Assembly (NCBI GenBank): GCA_963751595.1
Contig: CAVVVC010000012.1
Location: forward strand, 192,219 to 256,218
Reading direction: 5' to 3'
DNA: 64,000 bases
Source of the DNA: an uncultured Gammaproteobacteria bacterium
GTDB taxonomy: Bacteria > Pseudomonadota > Gammaproteobacteria > Pseudomonadales > JAHEGP01
In this document: positions 56,395-64,000 of the stretch, in pieces
Position numbering within the stretch: position 1 is the first letter of the stretch
Layout: each line of letters starts with the position of its first letter
Made by a program: the position numbers and the translations under genes
Notes under the pieces: generated by a model
Seen by the model: the letters and a program-made list of their open reading frames with translations, nothing else
What the model was told of the DNA's origin: nothing
The model's database searches: none

Positions 56395-59300
56395 GCGATC
56401 CCACTCGCAAAGGCTTGATCGCCTGGTTCGCACGTAACCCCGTAGCGGCCAACTTGCTCATGGTGCTGATCATCGCCCTTGGCCTGCTGTCGGTTTTCAC
56501 CATCAAGAAAGACATCATGCCCAGCATCGATAGCCACATGATCCAGATCATGCAGGTGTATCCCGGAGCTGCGCCCAGCGAGGTTGAAAAGGGCATCGTA
56601 CTCAAGATCGAGGAAGCCGTTAAGGATGTCGATGGTATCAAGCGTATCGAATCCCGTGCATACGATTCGGCCGCTAACATACGCATAGAGGCGCAGCACG
56701 GGGTGCCAATCGATACTCTCCTCAACGAAGTCAAAATCCAGGTCGACAGTATCGCCACGTTTCCCGAGGAGGCCGAGCGCCCGGTGATCTCCAAAGTCGA
56801 CTGGATGGCCCATGCGGTCCAACTTCAACTCTTCGGCGATATCGACGAACGCAGCGGTAAACTCCTCGCCGAGGAAATGAAGCAGGAGTTGCTGGCCCTG
56901 CCGGATGTGGGGCGCATCGAGATTCACGGTGTGCGTGAGAGCGAGATCGCAATTGAAGTGGACGAGTCCCTGCTGCGCAAATACGGGCTCACGCTGGGGC
57001 AGGTTGCACAGACGGTCGCCGCGGGCTCGTTGGATTTGCCCGCCGGCAGTATCCGCGCCCAGAGCGGCGATATTCTGCTGCGCACCCGGGGCCAGGCCTA
57101 CGACCAGACCCAGTTCGAGCAGGTAATGCTGCTGACCTGGCCCGATGGCACGCGGCTGACGCTGGGGGATATTGCCACCATCAGGGACGGCTTCGTCGAG
57201 ACCGATGGTTACGCCGTCTTCGACGACGCTTACACGGTGGCACTGACCGCTTACGCCGTGGGCGACCAGGATATCATCAAGGTTGCCGATGCAGTGAAGG
57301 GCTATATGCAGCGCAAGGCGGCGAGCTTACCCGAGGGCGTGAACCTCGACTACTGGGCCGATACCACCTATTACCTTGATCAACGGCTGTCGATGATGCT
57401 GCGAAATCTCGGGCTGGGTGCGATTCTGGTATTCATCACCCTGGGGCTGTTCATGGAGCTGCGGATCGCCTTCTGGGTAATGCTGGGGTTGCCGATCTGC
57501 TTCCTCGGGGCGCTGGCGCTGCTGCCGATGCCCGGTATCGGCGTCAGTATCAACATGATGAGCCTGTTCGGTTTTATCCTGGTGCTGGGCATCGTGGTGG
57601 ACGATGCCATCATCATCGGCGAGAGCGTACACGACAGCGTGCGCCGACACGGTCATTCCCTGGAGCGGGTTATCAAGGGCGCCCAGCGGGTGGCGATGCC
57701 TGCCACTTTCGGGGTTCTCACCACCATAGCCGCCTTTGCACCGACCCTCTTCATGCAGGGGCCCTATGCCAACTTCCTGCTTTCCTTTGGTGCTGTGGTG
57801 ATTCTCTGCCTGCTGTTTTCGCTGGTGGAGTCGAAGTGGATTCTGCCCGCCCACCTTGCGCACAGCGGCGGTGGCCGGTTTCACCTGGGTCGCCAGCAGC
57901 GCTTGCAGGAGGCAAACAACGCGGCACTGGACCGGTTTATAGCCAATCGCTACCGTCCTTTCCTGGAGAAGACCATCGCCCATCGCTACACCACGGTCGC
58001 GGCTTTCCTCGGTGTTTTGATACTGGTTGTGGGGCTGATCGCCGGTGGCTGGATTCGCTATGTCATGATGACCGACCAGGCCGGGGATTATATTCAGGCC
58101 AATCTCGAGATGGTGCGTGGAACGCCGGAGCACAAAACCCGGGAAGCGCTGCAGCACATGCGAGACGCGCTGACGGAAATCGAAGTGGAATTCCAGCAGC
58201 AACACGGTGCGGGAGAGCGCTTTTACCAGCATGTCTTCAGCTACAGCATAGAGGGTCGCACGGGCTTTTTTATGCTGGAGTTGGTGCGGCCTGATGTGCG
58301 CAAACTGGAGGCCGGCGAAATCGTGCGCCGCTGGCGAGACAAGGTGGGGGATATTCCCGGCGCCAGGGTGCTGTCTTTTACCGAACTCGAAGGGCCCGGT
58401 GATAAGGACCTGAAGTTCAATATCGTCGGCAAGGACACCCGGCAGCTGCAACTGGCCGCGGATGAGCTGGAACAAAAGCTGCGGAGTTATTACGGTGTTT
58501 TCGACATCGAAAACGGCTCGGCGGACCTGGTCAACGAGATTCACCTTGATATCAAACCCAGTGCAGAGGCCCTGGGCCTGACCCTGTTCGATGTCGGCCG
58601 CCAGGTCAGGGACGCGTTCTACGGTGCCGAGGCCCAGCGTCTGCAGCGTGGCAACGACGAAGTCAAAGTGATGGTGCGCTACCCTCTGAGTGAGCGGCGC
58701 ACCGTGGCTGACCTCGAGAACATGTACATCCGCGCCCCCGATGGCGCCGAAGTGCCGCTGCTGTCTGTGGCCCAGCTCGAATTCAGGCCCGCGATGGCGG
58801 AGTCGATAAGGGTCAACAGAGCCCGGGCGGTGTCGGTTTCCGCGGAGGTCGACAAGGCAGTGCTGGAGCCAAATCAGGTGGTGCGGGAAATTACCGGGCC
58901 GTTTTTTGCCGAGCAGGTGAAGAAGTATCCCGATGTGGTTTACAAACTCGACGGCGATGCGCTGGAGAGCAAAAACATAGAAGACTACATGTTCAAGGGT
59001 TTCGTGCTGTCTTTGTTCGCTATTTACGCCCTGCTGGCGATACCGCTCAAGTCCTACGTGCAACCACTGATGGTGATGAGCGTGATACCGTTCGGGGTGA
59101 TCGGGGCCGCCCTCGGCCATGTCATCATGGGGGGAATGCCCCTGAGCATGATGTCGCTGATGGGGGTTATCGCGCTTTCCGGGGTGGTGGTCAACGACAG
59201 CCTGATTCTGGTCGAATTCGTCAACCGGGATGTGCGCGACAAGCACCGGGCGATCCGGCAGGCGGTGGTCGACGCCGGCTGTCGACGCTTTCGCGCGATC

Positions 59301-59528
59301 CTGCTGACATCGCTGACGACCTTTCTGGGAATTCTGCCGATGCTGCTCGAAGGCAGCGCCGAGGCCCAGTTTATGGTGCCCATGGCAGTGTCACTTGCTT
59401 TTGGCATCGTATTTGCCACAGTCATATCACTGGTTTTCGTTCCCAATCTGTACTGCATCAACGAGGACCTGCGGGCCTTGCTGAGGTCGTGGATCAGCGG
59501 GCCCGACGCTACCCGGCAGGGGAATTAG
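56391..59528 (+). CDS. efflux RND transporter permease (AcrB/AcrD/AcrF superfamily)
   Basis: 1045 aa. The 12-TM/2-large-loop layout is evident. N-terminus IAWFARNPVAANLLMVLIIALGLLS, with typical blocks GIVVDDAIIIGE and SGVVVNDSLILVEF. Confidence 0.95.
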   Translation: MSDPTRKGLIAWFARNPVAANLLMVLIIALGLLSVFTIKKDIMPSIDSHMIQIMQVYPGAAPSEVEKGIVLKIEEAVKDVDGIKRIESRAYDSAANIRIEAQHGVPIDTLLNEVKIQVDSIATFPEEAERPVISKVDWMAHAVQLQLFGDIDERSGKLLAEEMKQELLALPDVGRIEIHGVRESEIAIEVDESLLRKYGLTLGQVAQTVAAGSLDLPAGSIRAQSGDILLRTRGQAYDQTQFEQVMLLTWPDGTRLTLGDIATIRDGFVETDGYAVFDDAYTVALTAYAVGDQDIIKVADAVKGYMQRKAASLPEGVNLDYWADTTYYLDQRLSMMLRNLGLGAILVFITLGLFMELRIAFWVMLGLPICFLGALALLPMPGIGVSINMMSLFGFILVLGIVVDDAIIIGESVHDSVRRHGHSLERVIKGAQRVAMPATFGVLTTIAAFAPTLFMQGPYANFLLSFGAVVILCLLFSLVESKWILPAHLAHSGGGRFHLGRQQRLQEANNAALDRFIANRYRPFLEKTIAHRYTTVAAFLGVLILVVGLIAGGWIRYVMMTDQAGDYIQANLEMVRGTPEHKTREALQHMRDALTEIEVEFQQQHGAGERFYQHVFSYSIEGRTGFFMLELVRPDVRKLEAGEIVRRWRDKVGDIPGARVLSFTELEGPGDKDLKFNIVGKDTRQLQLAADELEQKLRSYYGVFDIENGSADLVNEIHLDIKPSAEALGLTLFDVGRQVRDAFYGAEAQRLQRGNDEVKVMVRYPLSERRTVADLENMYIRAPDGAEVPLLSVAQLEFRPAMAESIRVNRARAVSVSAEVDKAVLEPNQVVREITGPFFAEQVKKYPDVVYKLDGDALESKNIEDYMFKGFVLSLFAIYALLAIPLKSYVQPLMVMSVIPFGVIGAALGHVIMGGMPLSMMSLMGVIALSGVVVNDSLILVEFVNRDVRDKHRAIRQAVVDAGCRRFRAILLTSLTTFLGILPMLLEGSAEAQFMVPMAVSLAFGIVFATVISLVFVPNLYCINEDLRALLRSWISGPDATRQGN

Positions 59529-59675
59529 GCAAATCACTCTCGTGGGATCGTCGGGGGACTTTGTTTGCCGGCGGTCACCGACGATATCAGCTTGCTTTCA
59601 GGGACTTGAAAATCAAGCCGGGTTTTTTTAAATTTCGCGTTTTTTCGCAAGCACAGCCATCAATTGAGGTACGGC

Positions 59676-60608
59676 ATGATTGAGATAAGCCATCTCAGCA
59701 AGGAGTTTGGCCAGTTCGCAGCGGTCAGGGATCTAACCTTCGACGTTGCCCCTGGCGAGGTGTTGGGCTTCCTGGGGCCCAACGGCGCCGGCAAGACGAC
59801 CACCATGCGAATGATTACCGGCTTTATCGCGCCCAGCAGTGGTTCGGTGGCCATTTACGGTCACGACATCCAGTCTGATCCGATTGGCGCCAAGCGACGG
59901 TTGGGCTATCTCCCCGAGGGGGCACCCGCCTACGGGGATATGACCCCCGCGGGGTTTCTGGCCTTTGTTGCTGATATCAGGGGATTACGTGGTGCGCAGA
60001 AGAAACAGCGCCTGGATGCGATGGCGGCTGAGCTGGAGTTGCAGTCGGTCTGGCATCGCCCCATCGAAACACTCTCGAAGGGCTTCAAGCGCCGCGTCGG
60101 CCTCGCCCAGGCACTGATTCACGATCCCGAGGTGCTGGTCCTGGACGAGCCCACCGATGGTCTCGACCCGAATCAAAAACAGCAGGTGCGGGAGCTGATA
60201 CAGCGTATTGCCGCCGACAAGATCATCCTGGTCTCGACCCATATCCTGGAAGAAGTCAGCGCGGTCTGCAGTCGAGCGATGATTATTGCCGCGGGCAAGC
60301 GGGTGGCGGATGGCAGCCCGGCGGAATTGCAGGCACAGGCTCGTAACCACGGTGCATTGGTGTTGCAGTTGGCGCCCCGGGAGGGTTTGCAACAACAACT
60401 GGGGGCCATTCCCGGGGTTGCTGAGGTGGATGTCATGGAGCCCAATCGCTTCAGGCTGATTCCCGCCGCCGGGGAAGATATTCTGCTGGCGGTATCGGCG
60501 CACATCACGGCTGCCGGTTGGCAGATAGAGGAGTTTCGGCAGGAGGAGGGTCGCCTCGATGATGTGTTCAGAGCCTTGACCGCGGGCGCCGGGGAGGATT
60601 TGCACTGA
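59676..60608 (+). CDS. ABC transporter ATP-binding protein (GldA-like)
   Basis: ATG 59676 with GAGG upstream. Walker A GPNGAGKTT, signature LSKGFKRRVGLA, Walker B VLVLDEPTDGLD. Confidence 0.9.
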   Translation: MIEISHLSKEFGQFAAVRDLTFDVAPGEVLGFLGPNGAGKTTTMRMITGFIAPSSGSVAIYGHDIQSDPIGAKRRLGYLPEGAPAYGDMTPAGFLAFVADIRGLRGAQKKQRLDAMAAELELQSVWHRPIETLSKGFKRRVGLAQALIHDPEVLVLDEPTDGLDPNQKQQVRELIQRIAADKIILVSTHILEEVSAVCSRAMIIAAGKRVADGSPAELQAQARNHGALVLQLAPREGLQQQLGAIPGVAEVDVMEPNRFRLIPAAGEDILLAVSAHITAAGWQIEEFRQEEGRLDDVFRALTAGAGEDLH

Positions 60609-61345
60609 TGGCTGGTAACGTAGGAGCAATTTTCAGACGCGAGCTGGCGGCCTATTTCTCGACCCCGCTGGCTTATGTATTCATCGTCATATTCCTTGTG
60701 CTAACCGGTATTTTTACCTTCTACATGGGGAATTTCTACGAGCGGGGCCAGGCGGACCTGTCGCCGTTTTTCAGCTTTCACCCCTGGCTCTATCTGTTTC
60801 TGGTGCCGGCTGTTTCCATGCGCCTTTGGGCCGAGGAGCGCAAGTCGGGGAGCATCGAGTTGTTGCTGACCCTGCCGGTTAAAACCTGGCAGGCCGTAGT
60901 CGGCAAATTTCTCGCCGCCTGGGTCTTCACCGGACTGGCCCTGGTCCTCACGTTTCCGCTGTGGCTTACGGTGAATTACCTGGGGGAACCGGACAACGGG
61001 GTTATTCTGGCGGCCTACATCGGCAGTTGGCTGATGGCCGGCGCCTACCTTGCTATTGGCAGCTGTATTTCAGCGGCCACCAACAATCAGGTCATCGCCT
61101 TTATTTTGACGGTCACTATTTGTTTCCTGTTCGTAGCGGCGGGTTCCCCTATTGTTATGAACCTTTTTACCACCTGGTCTGACGGCCAGCTCTGGAGTGC
61201 TATTGCCAGTGCCAGCTTTTTGCAGCGTTTCGAATCGATCAGCAAGGGCGTTCTGGACTTCCGGGATCTGTTTTATTTTGGCTGGATGATGGTGTTGTGG
61301 CTCGCCGCAACGGTGGTCGTCATCGATATGAAGAAGGCACAATAG
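60608..61345 (+). CDS. ABC-2 type transporter permease (GldF-like)
   Basis: 245 aa with 6 predicted TM helices. N-terminus FRRELAAYFSTPLAYVFIVIFLVL. The start overlaps the upstream stop (TGATG). Confidence 0.8.
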   Translation: MAGNVGAIFRRELAAYFSTPLAYVFIVIFLVLTGIFTFYMGNFYERGQADLSPFFSFHPWLYLFLVPAVSMRLWAEERKSGSIELLLTLPVKTWQAVVGKFLAAWVFTGLALVLTFPLWLTVNYLGEPDNGVILAAYIGSWLMAGAYLAIGSCISAATNNQVIAFILTVTICFLFVAAGSPIVMNLFTTWSDGQLWSAIASASFLQRFESISKGVLDFRDLFYFGWMMVLWLAATVVVIDMKKAQ

Positions 61346-61347
61346 TC

Positions 61348-63300
61348 ATGGGATCGAAGAAGCGTATTTCCGCAGCAATCAAGCTGGTGTCATTGGGTTT
61401 ACTCGGCCTTGTGCTGCTGGTGGCAGGGCAGATGTGGTTCAAGCATCTGCGGGTTGATCTGACCGAAGACAAGGTTTACACCCTCAGTGACGGTACTCGC
61501 AATATCGTCGGCGACCTGGAACAGCCCGTTGAGTTGTTGTTCTTCTACTCTGAAAAGGCCATGCGCGAAACACCCACCTTGCGCAACTACGCCCAGCGCA
61601 TCGAAAATCTCCTGGAAGAGTTTACGCTACTATCCGGTGGCCAGCTGAAACTGCAGAAAATAGACCCGGAGCCGTTTTCCGAGATGGAGGACCGAGCCGC
61701 CGAACTGGGGATGCAGGCGGTGCCGGTGCGGGTCGGCGCGCCCCAGCTCTACCTTGGCCTTGCCGCAGTTGGCGACAACGGCAACGAGGAAGTCATTACT
61801 TTCTTCCATCCGAACCGGCAGCAGTTCCTGGAATACGACATTGCCAAGGCGATATACCTTGCTGCCAGGGAGGCGCCACCCCAAATTGGCCTGATCAGTG
61901 GCTTGCCAGTCAATGGGGGCCTGGATATGGCCAGCCGATCGATGCGCAGGCCCTGGGCATCGGTGCAGCAATTGCAGCAGCTCTACGATGTTGTTGATCT
62001 CGGCCCCAGTCCCCTGCAAATTCCGGACGACGTGGATTTGTTACTGATTGTCCATCCGGCGGAGGTCGGGGAGCAGGCGCTGTATGCGATTGACCAGTTC
62101 GTGTTGTCGGGGCGCAACGCCATTGTCTTCACCGACCCGTTTGCCGAAACCGCGGCCACGGAGCCTGGCTCGATGCCCATGCCGGGCAGCGCTCCCACGG
62201 CTTCGGGGTTGCCGCGCCTGTTCAAGGCCTGGGGTATCGAAATGGTGCCCGACAAGGTGCTGGGTGATGCCGCCCATGCGATGCTGGTCAATATCGCGGA
62301 CGACCAGCCACCGGCTCGCAACCTTACCTTGCTGGGCCTGGGGGCTGCAAATATTGCCGATGAAGAGCTTGTAACCGAGGCGCTGGAAACCCTGAATGTG
62401 TCCAGCGTCGGCGTTTGGCGCCAATTGGAAAATGCCACCACGCAGTGGCGCGACCTGATCTGGTCGTCCAAAGCGGCTGCACTGATCGATGCCGGAAAGC
62501 TGCAGAATCTTATGGACCCCAATGTCCTTTTCGATGGCTTTGCGCCCGACGGTGAAAGCCATGTGATTGCAGGCCAGCTATCGGGTGAGGTCAAAACTGC
62601 ATTCCCGGAGGGCAAACCCGCCGATACCAGCGAAAAGGCGGCTGAAGCCGGTGCGCAGGAAACCGGCGACGAGGCCGGCGGAGACGCCGACGCTGCTACC
62701 GAGGAGGCGAGCGAGCAAGCGGTGGCGCCTGGTTTATTGCAGGGAAACATCAATGTGCTGCTGATTGCCGATACCGATTTGCTCACCGATCGCCTCTGGG
62801 TGCAGGCGCAGACCTTTTTCGGTCAACCGGTGCTGTCACCCTTTGCGGACAATGGCTCCCTGCTGATCAATGCGGCGGACTTTCTGGTGGGCAGTGCCGA
62901 CCTGATATCGATCCGTAGCCGGGGAACCTTTAATCGGCCGTTCACCCGGGTCCACGAAATCCAGCGCGCAGCGGAGGAGGACTACCGCGCGACAGCCGAT
63001 GAGCTGACCGCGCAACTGGAGGCCACGGAACGCAAGCTCAGCGAACTGCAGCAGCTGAAGACAGGGGAGGACAAGCAGGTATTGAGCCCGGAGCAGGAGC
63101 AGGCAGTGGATGAGTTTCTGGCGCAAAAACTCGAGATTCGCAAATCTCTGCGCGAGGTTCAACATCAGTTGACCAGCGATATCGAGGCCCTGGGAACCAG
63201 GCTGAAGGTGATTAACATTGCCCTGGTGCCGCTGTTACTGACCTTCCTGATGCTGGGGTTCACCTGGCTGCGCCGACGCCGGCAGTATCGCCCCGGCTAG
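61348..63300 (+). CDS. GldG-family ABC-transporter auxiliary protein
   Basis: ATG 61348, 2 nt after the upstream stop. N-terminal TM, then RVDLTEDKVYTLSDGTRNIV ... VELLFFYS, typical of GldG/ABC_transp_aux. Acidic low-complexity insert, C-terminal coiled coil and final TM (VINIALVPLLLTFLMLGF). Confidence 0.75.
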   Translation: MGSKKRISAAIKLVSLGLLGLVLLVAGQMWFKHLRVDLTEDKVYTLSDGTRNIVGDLEQPVELLFFYSEKAMRETPTLRNYAQRIENLLEEFTLLSGGQLKLQKIDPEPFSEMEDRAAELGMQAVPVRVGAPQLYLGLAAVGDNGNEEVITFFHPNRQQFLEYDIAKAIYLAAREAPPQIGLISGLPVNGGLDMASRSMRRPWASVQQLQQLYDVVDLGPSPLQIPDDVDLLLIVHPAEVGEQALYAIDQFVLSGRNAIVFTDPFAETAATEPGSMPMPGSAPTASGLPRLFKAWGIEMVPDKVLGDAAHAMLVNIADDQPPARNLTLLGLGAANIADEELVTEALETLNVSSVGVWRQLENATTQWRDLIWSSKAAALIDAGKLQNLMDPNVLFDGFAPDGESHVIAGQLSGEVKTAFPEGKPADTSEKAAEAGAQETGDEAGGDADAATEEASEQAVAPGLLQGNINVLLIADTDLLTDRLWVQAQTFFGQPVLSPFADNGSLLINAADFLVGSADLISIRSRGTFNRPFTRVHEIQRAAEEDYRATADELTAQLEATERKLSELQQLKTGEDKQVLSPEQEQAVDEFLAQKLEIRKSLREVQHQLTSDIEALGTRLKVINIALVPLLLTFLMLGFTWLRRRRQYRPG

Positions 63301-63355
63301 GGCGAATGGTACTTAGTCAAGGAGAAATGCATAGGGTTTTCAAAGCGCCGCTCCG

Positions 63356-63447
63356 GGCATCTACCCCGTCAGGACACGCCGTAAACCCGTCCCTGGGGGC
63401 TCTGCGCCGACATCCCTGTCGGCGACGGTCCTGCCGAGGTAGACACC
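63356..63447. repeat. structured imperfect palindrome (REP/MITE-like intergenic element) with embedded perfect hairpin
   Basis: The 20-nt arms 63356-63375 and 63428-63447 pair at 16 of 20 positions. The inner hairpin is CGCCGACA-tccc-TGTCGGCG (63405-63424). The element resembles a class of GC-rich intergenic repeats I recall from marine gammaproteobacteria. Only one copy is in this window. Confidence 0.4.
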
Positions 63448-63499
63448 CGAATCGGCTTAAGTAAGTGCCATTTCGGCTAGGGCAACGCTGATCATACGG

Positions 63500-64000
63500 T
63501 TAGGTGCCATCGCATTGCGGTGGCTGGTTTTGCTCCGTCCGAATGGTGCGCAGCTCGCGCACCGTGTCTTTTAACTTGCGCTCCGTATCGTTGCGATCGA
63601 GCAGTACCGGGTCATTCTTCTCCAGTGCGGGATAGAGGGTGGCGGCCTTGGCGTAATCGTTCTGGTCGGCGTAGGTAATAGCCTCGAGCCAGAGGCCACT
63701 GAGTGCGTAATTGCGGTTCGGGTCTTGCTGGCCCCTGGCGGCCAGCGTAAGCGCCCGGTCGTAATCGCAGGCCGCGAGGGCGAGGAAGCCATTGTAGTTA
63801 TCTTCACCAAATTGCTCGGCGTAGCGTTGGGTCTGCTGTTTGTCGATTCTGGCCCCGGACGTGGCCCCTACTGCCGCACCGCTGGCGGCGCCGATTGCGG
63901 CCCCCGCGGCGGCACTGCCTAGGGCGTCGCCGCCAAATATCAAACCGCTGACCAGGCCCCCGACAGCACCCCCCACAGCGCCGCTGGTGGCACCCTGCTT
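63500..64000 (-). CDS. glycine-zipper + TPR-like protein, C-terminal part (gene runs off window end)
   Basis: The reading frame is open to position 64000. Gly/Ala-zipper membrane segment GGAVGGLVSGLIFGG..GAAIGAASGAAVGATSG, then a helical-repeat region (YDRALTLAARGQ ... NDYAKAATLYPAL). Confidence 0.5.
   Translation of the reverse strand, partial: KQGATSGAVGGAVGGLVSGLIFGGDALGSAAAGAAIGAASGAAVGATSGARIDKQQTQRYAEQFGEDNYNGFLALAACDYDRALTLAARGQQDPNRNYALSGLWLEAITYADQNDYAKAATLYPALEKNDPVLLDRNDTERKLKDTVRELRTIRTEQNQPPQCDGT

Noticed and set aside
57327-59246. 639-aa ORF on the minus strand
   Set aside because: It lies entirely antisense to the RND permease. It is His/Gln/Arg/Pro-rich with no TM or domain pattern, a GC-rich shadow frame.
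55105-59528. absence of an outer-membrane factor gene next to the RND pair as something unusual
   Set aside because: Many RND pumps use a TolC-type channel encoded elsewhere, so this is not informative.
59605-59629. terminator after the RND permease (CTTGA-aaa-TCAAG followed by T7)
   Set aside because: The stem is only 5 bp and AT-rich, and it is separated from the T-tract by CCGGG. Too weak to call.
63327-63470. 47-codon ORF (MHRVFKAPLRASTPSGHAVNPSLGAL...) preceded by AAGGAG
   Set aside because: The SD is only 2 nt from the ATG. The ORF runs through the palindromic repeat and gives an Arg/Pro-rich product, the typical false ORF generated by this kind of repeat.

Overview
GC-rich 64-kb stretch that reads as ordinary chromosomal backbone of a gammaproteobacterium. 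The taxon is an inference from the FabY + FabV fatty-acid enzymes, PldA, PutP, a Kef-type antiporter, an RND pump and many periplasmic or lipoprotein enzymes, and it looks marine or environmental. I call 50 apparently intact protein-coding genes, two of them cut by the window edges. There are also 3 decayed genes: an MFS-transporter stump, a frameshifted DUF1801 gene and a multiply broken arylsulfatase. I add one strong rho-independent terminator, one plausible sigma70 promoter with an adjacent palindrome, and a few small repeats and stem-loops. I saw no rRNA, tRNA, CRISPR array, transposase, integrase, phage gene or recognisable defence, secretion or secondary-metabolite cluster. Gene content is mostly housekeeping or catabolic: pgm, putP, thiolase, crotonase, acetyl-CoA hydrolase/transferase, Fe-ADH, a GS-like ligase, miaE, fabV and several hydrolases. 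Nothing here is a demonstrably new system. The best candidates for undescribed biology rest on gene context and motifs only. (i) miaE sits 9 nt from an unclassified GT-A-like gene, followed by a 505-aa membrane protein. (ii) A secreted gluzincin-like protein is followed by an Lnt homologue outside the usual lnt context. (iii) Two adjacent secreted proteins share a fimbrial-subunit-like C-terminal module with no assembly genes nearby. (iv) An 815-aa lipoprotein carries an internal domain duplication. All family assignments come from motifs I recognise by eye; no database search was possible.
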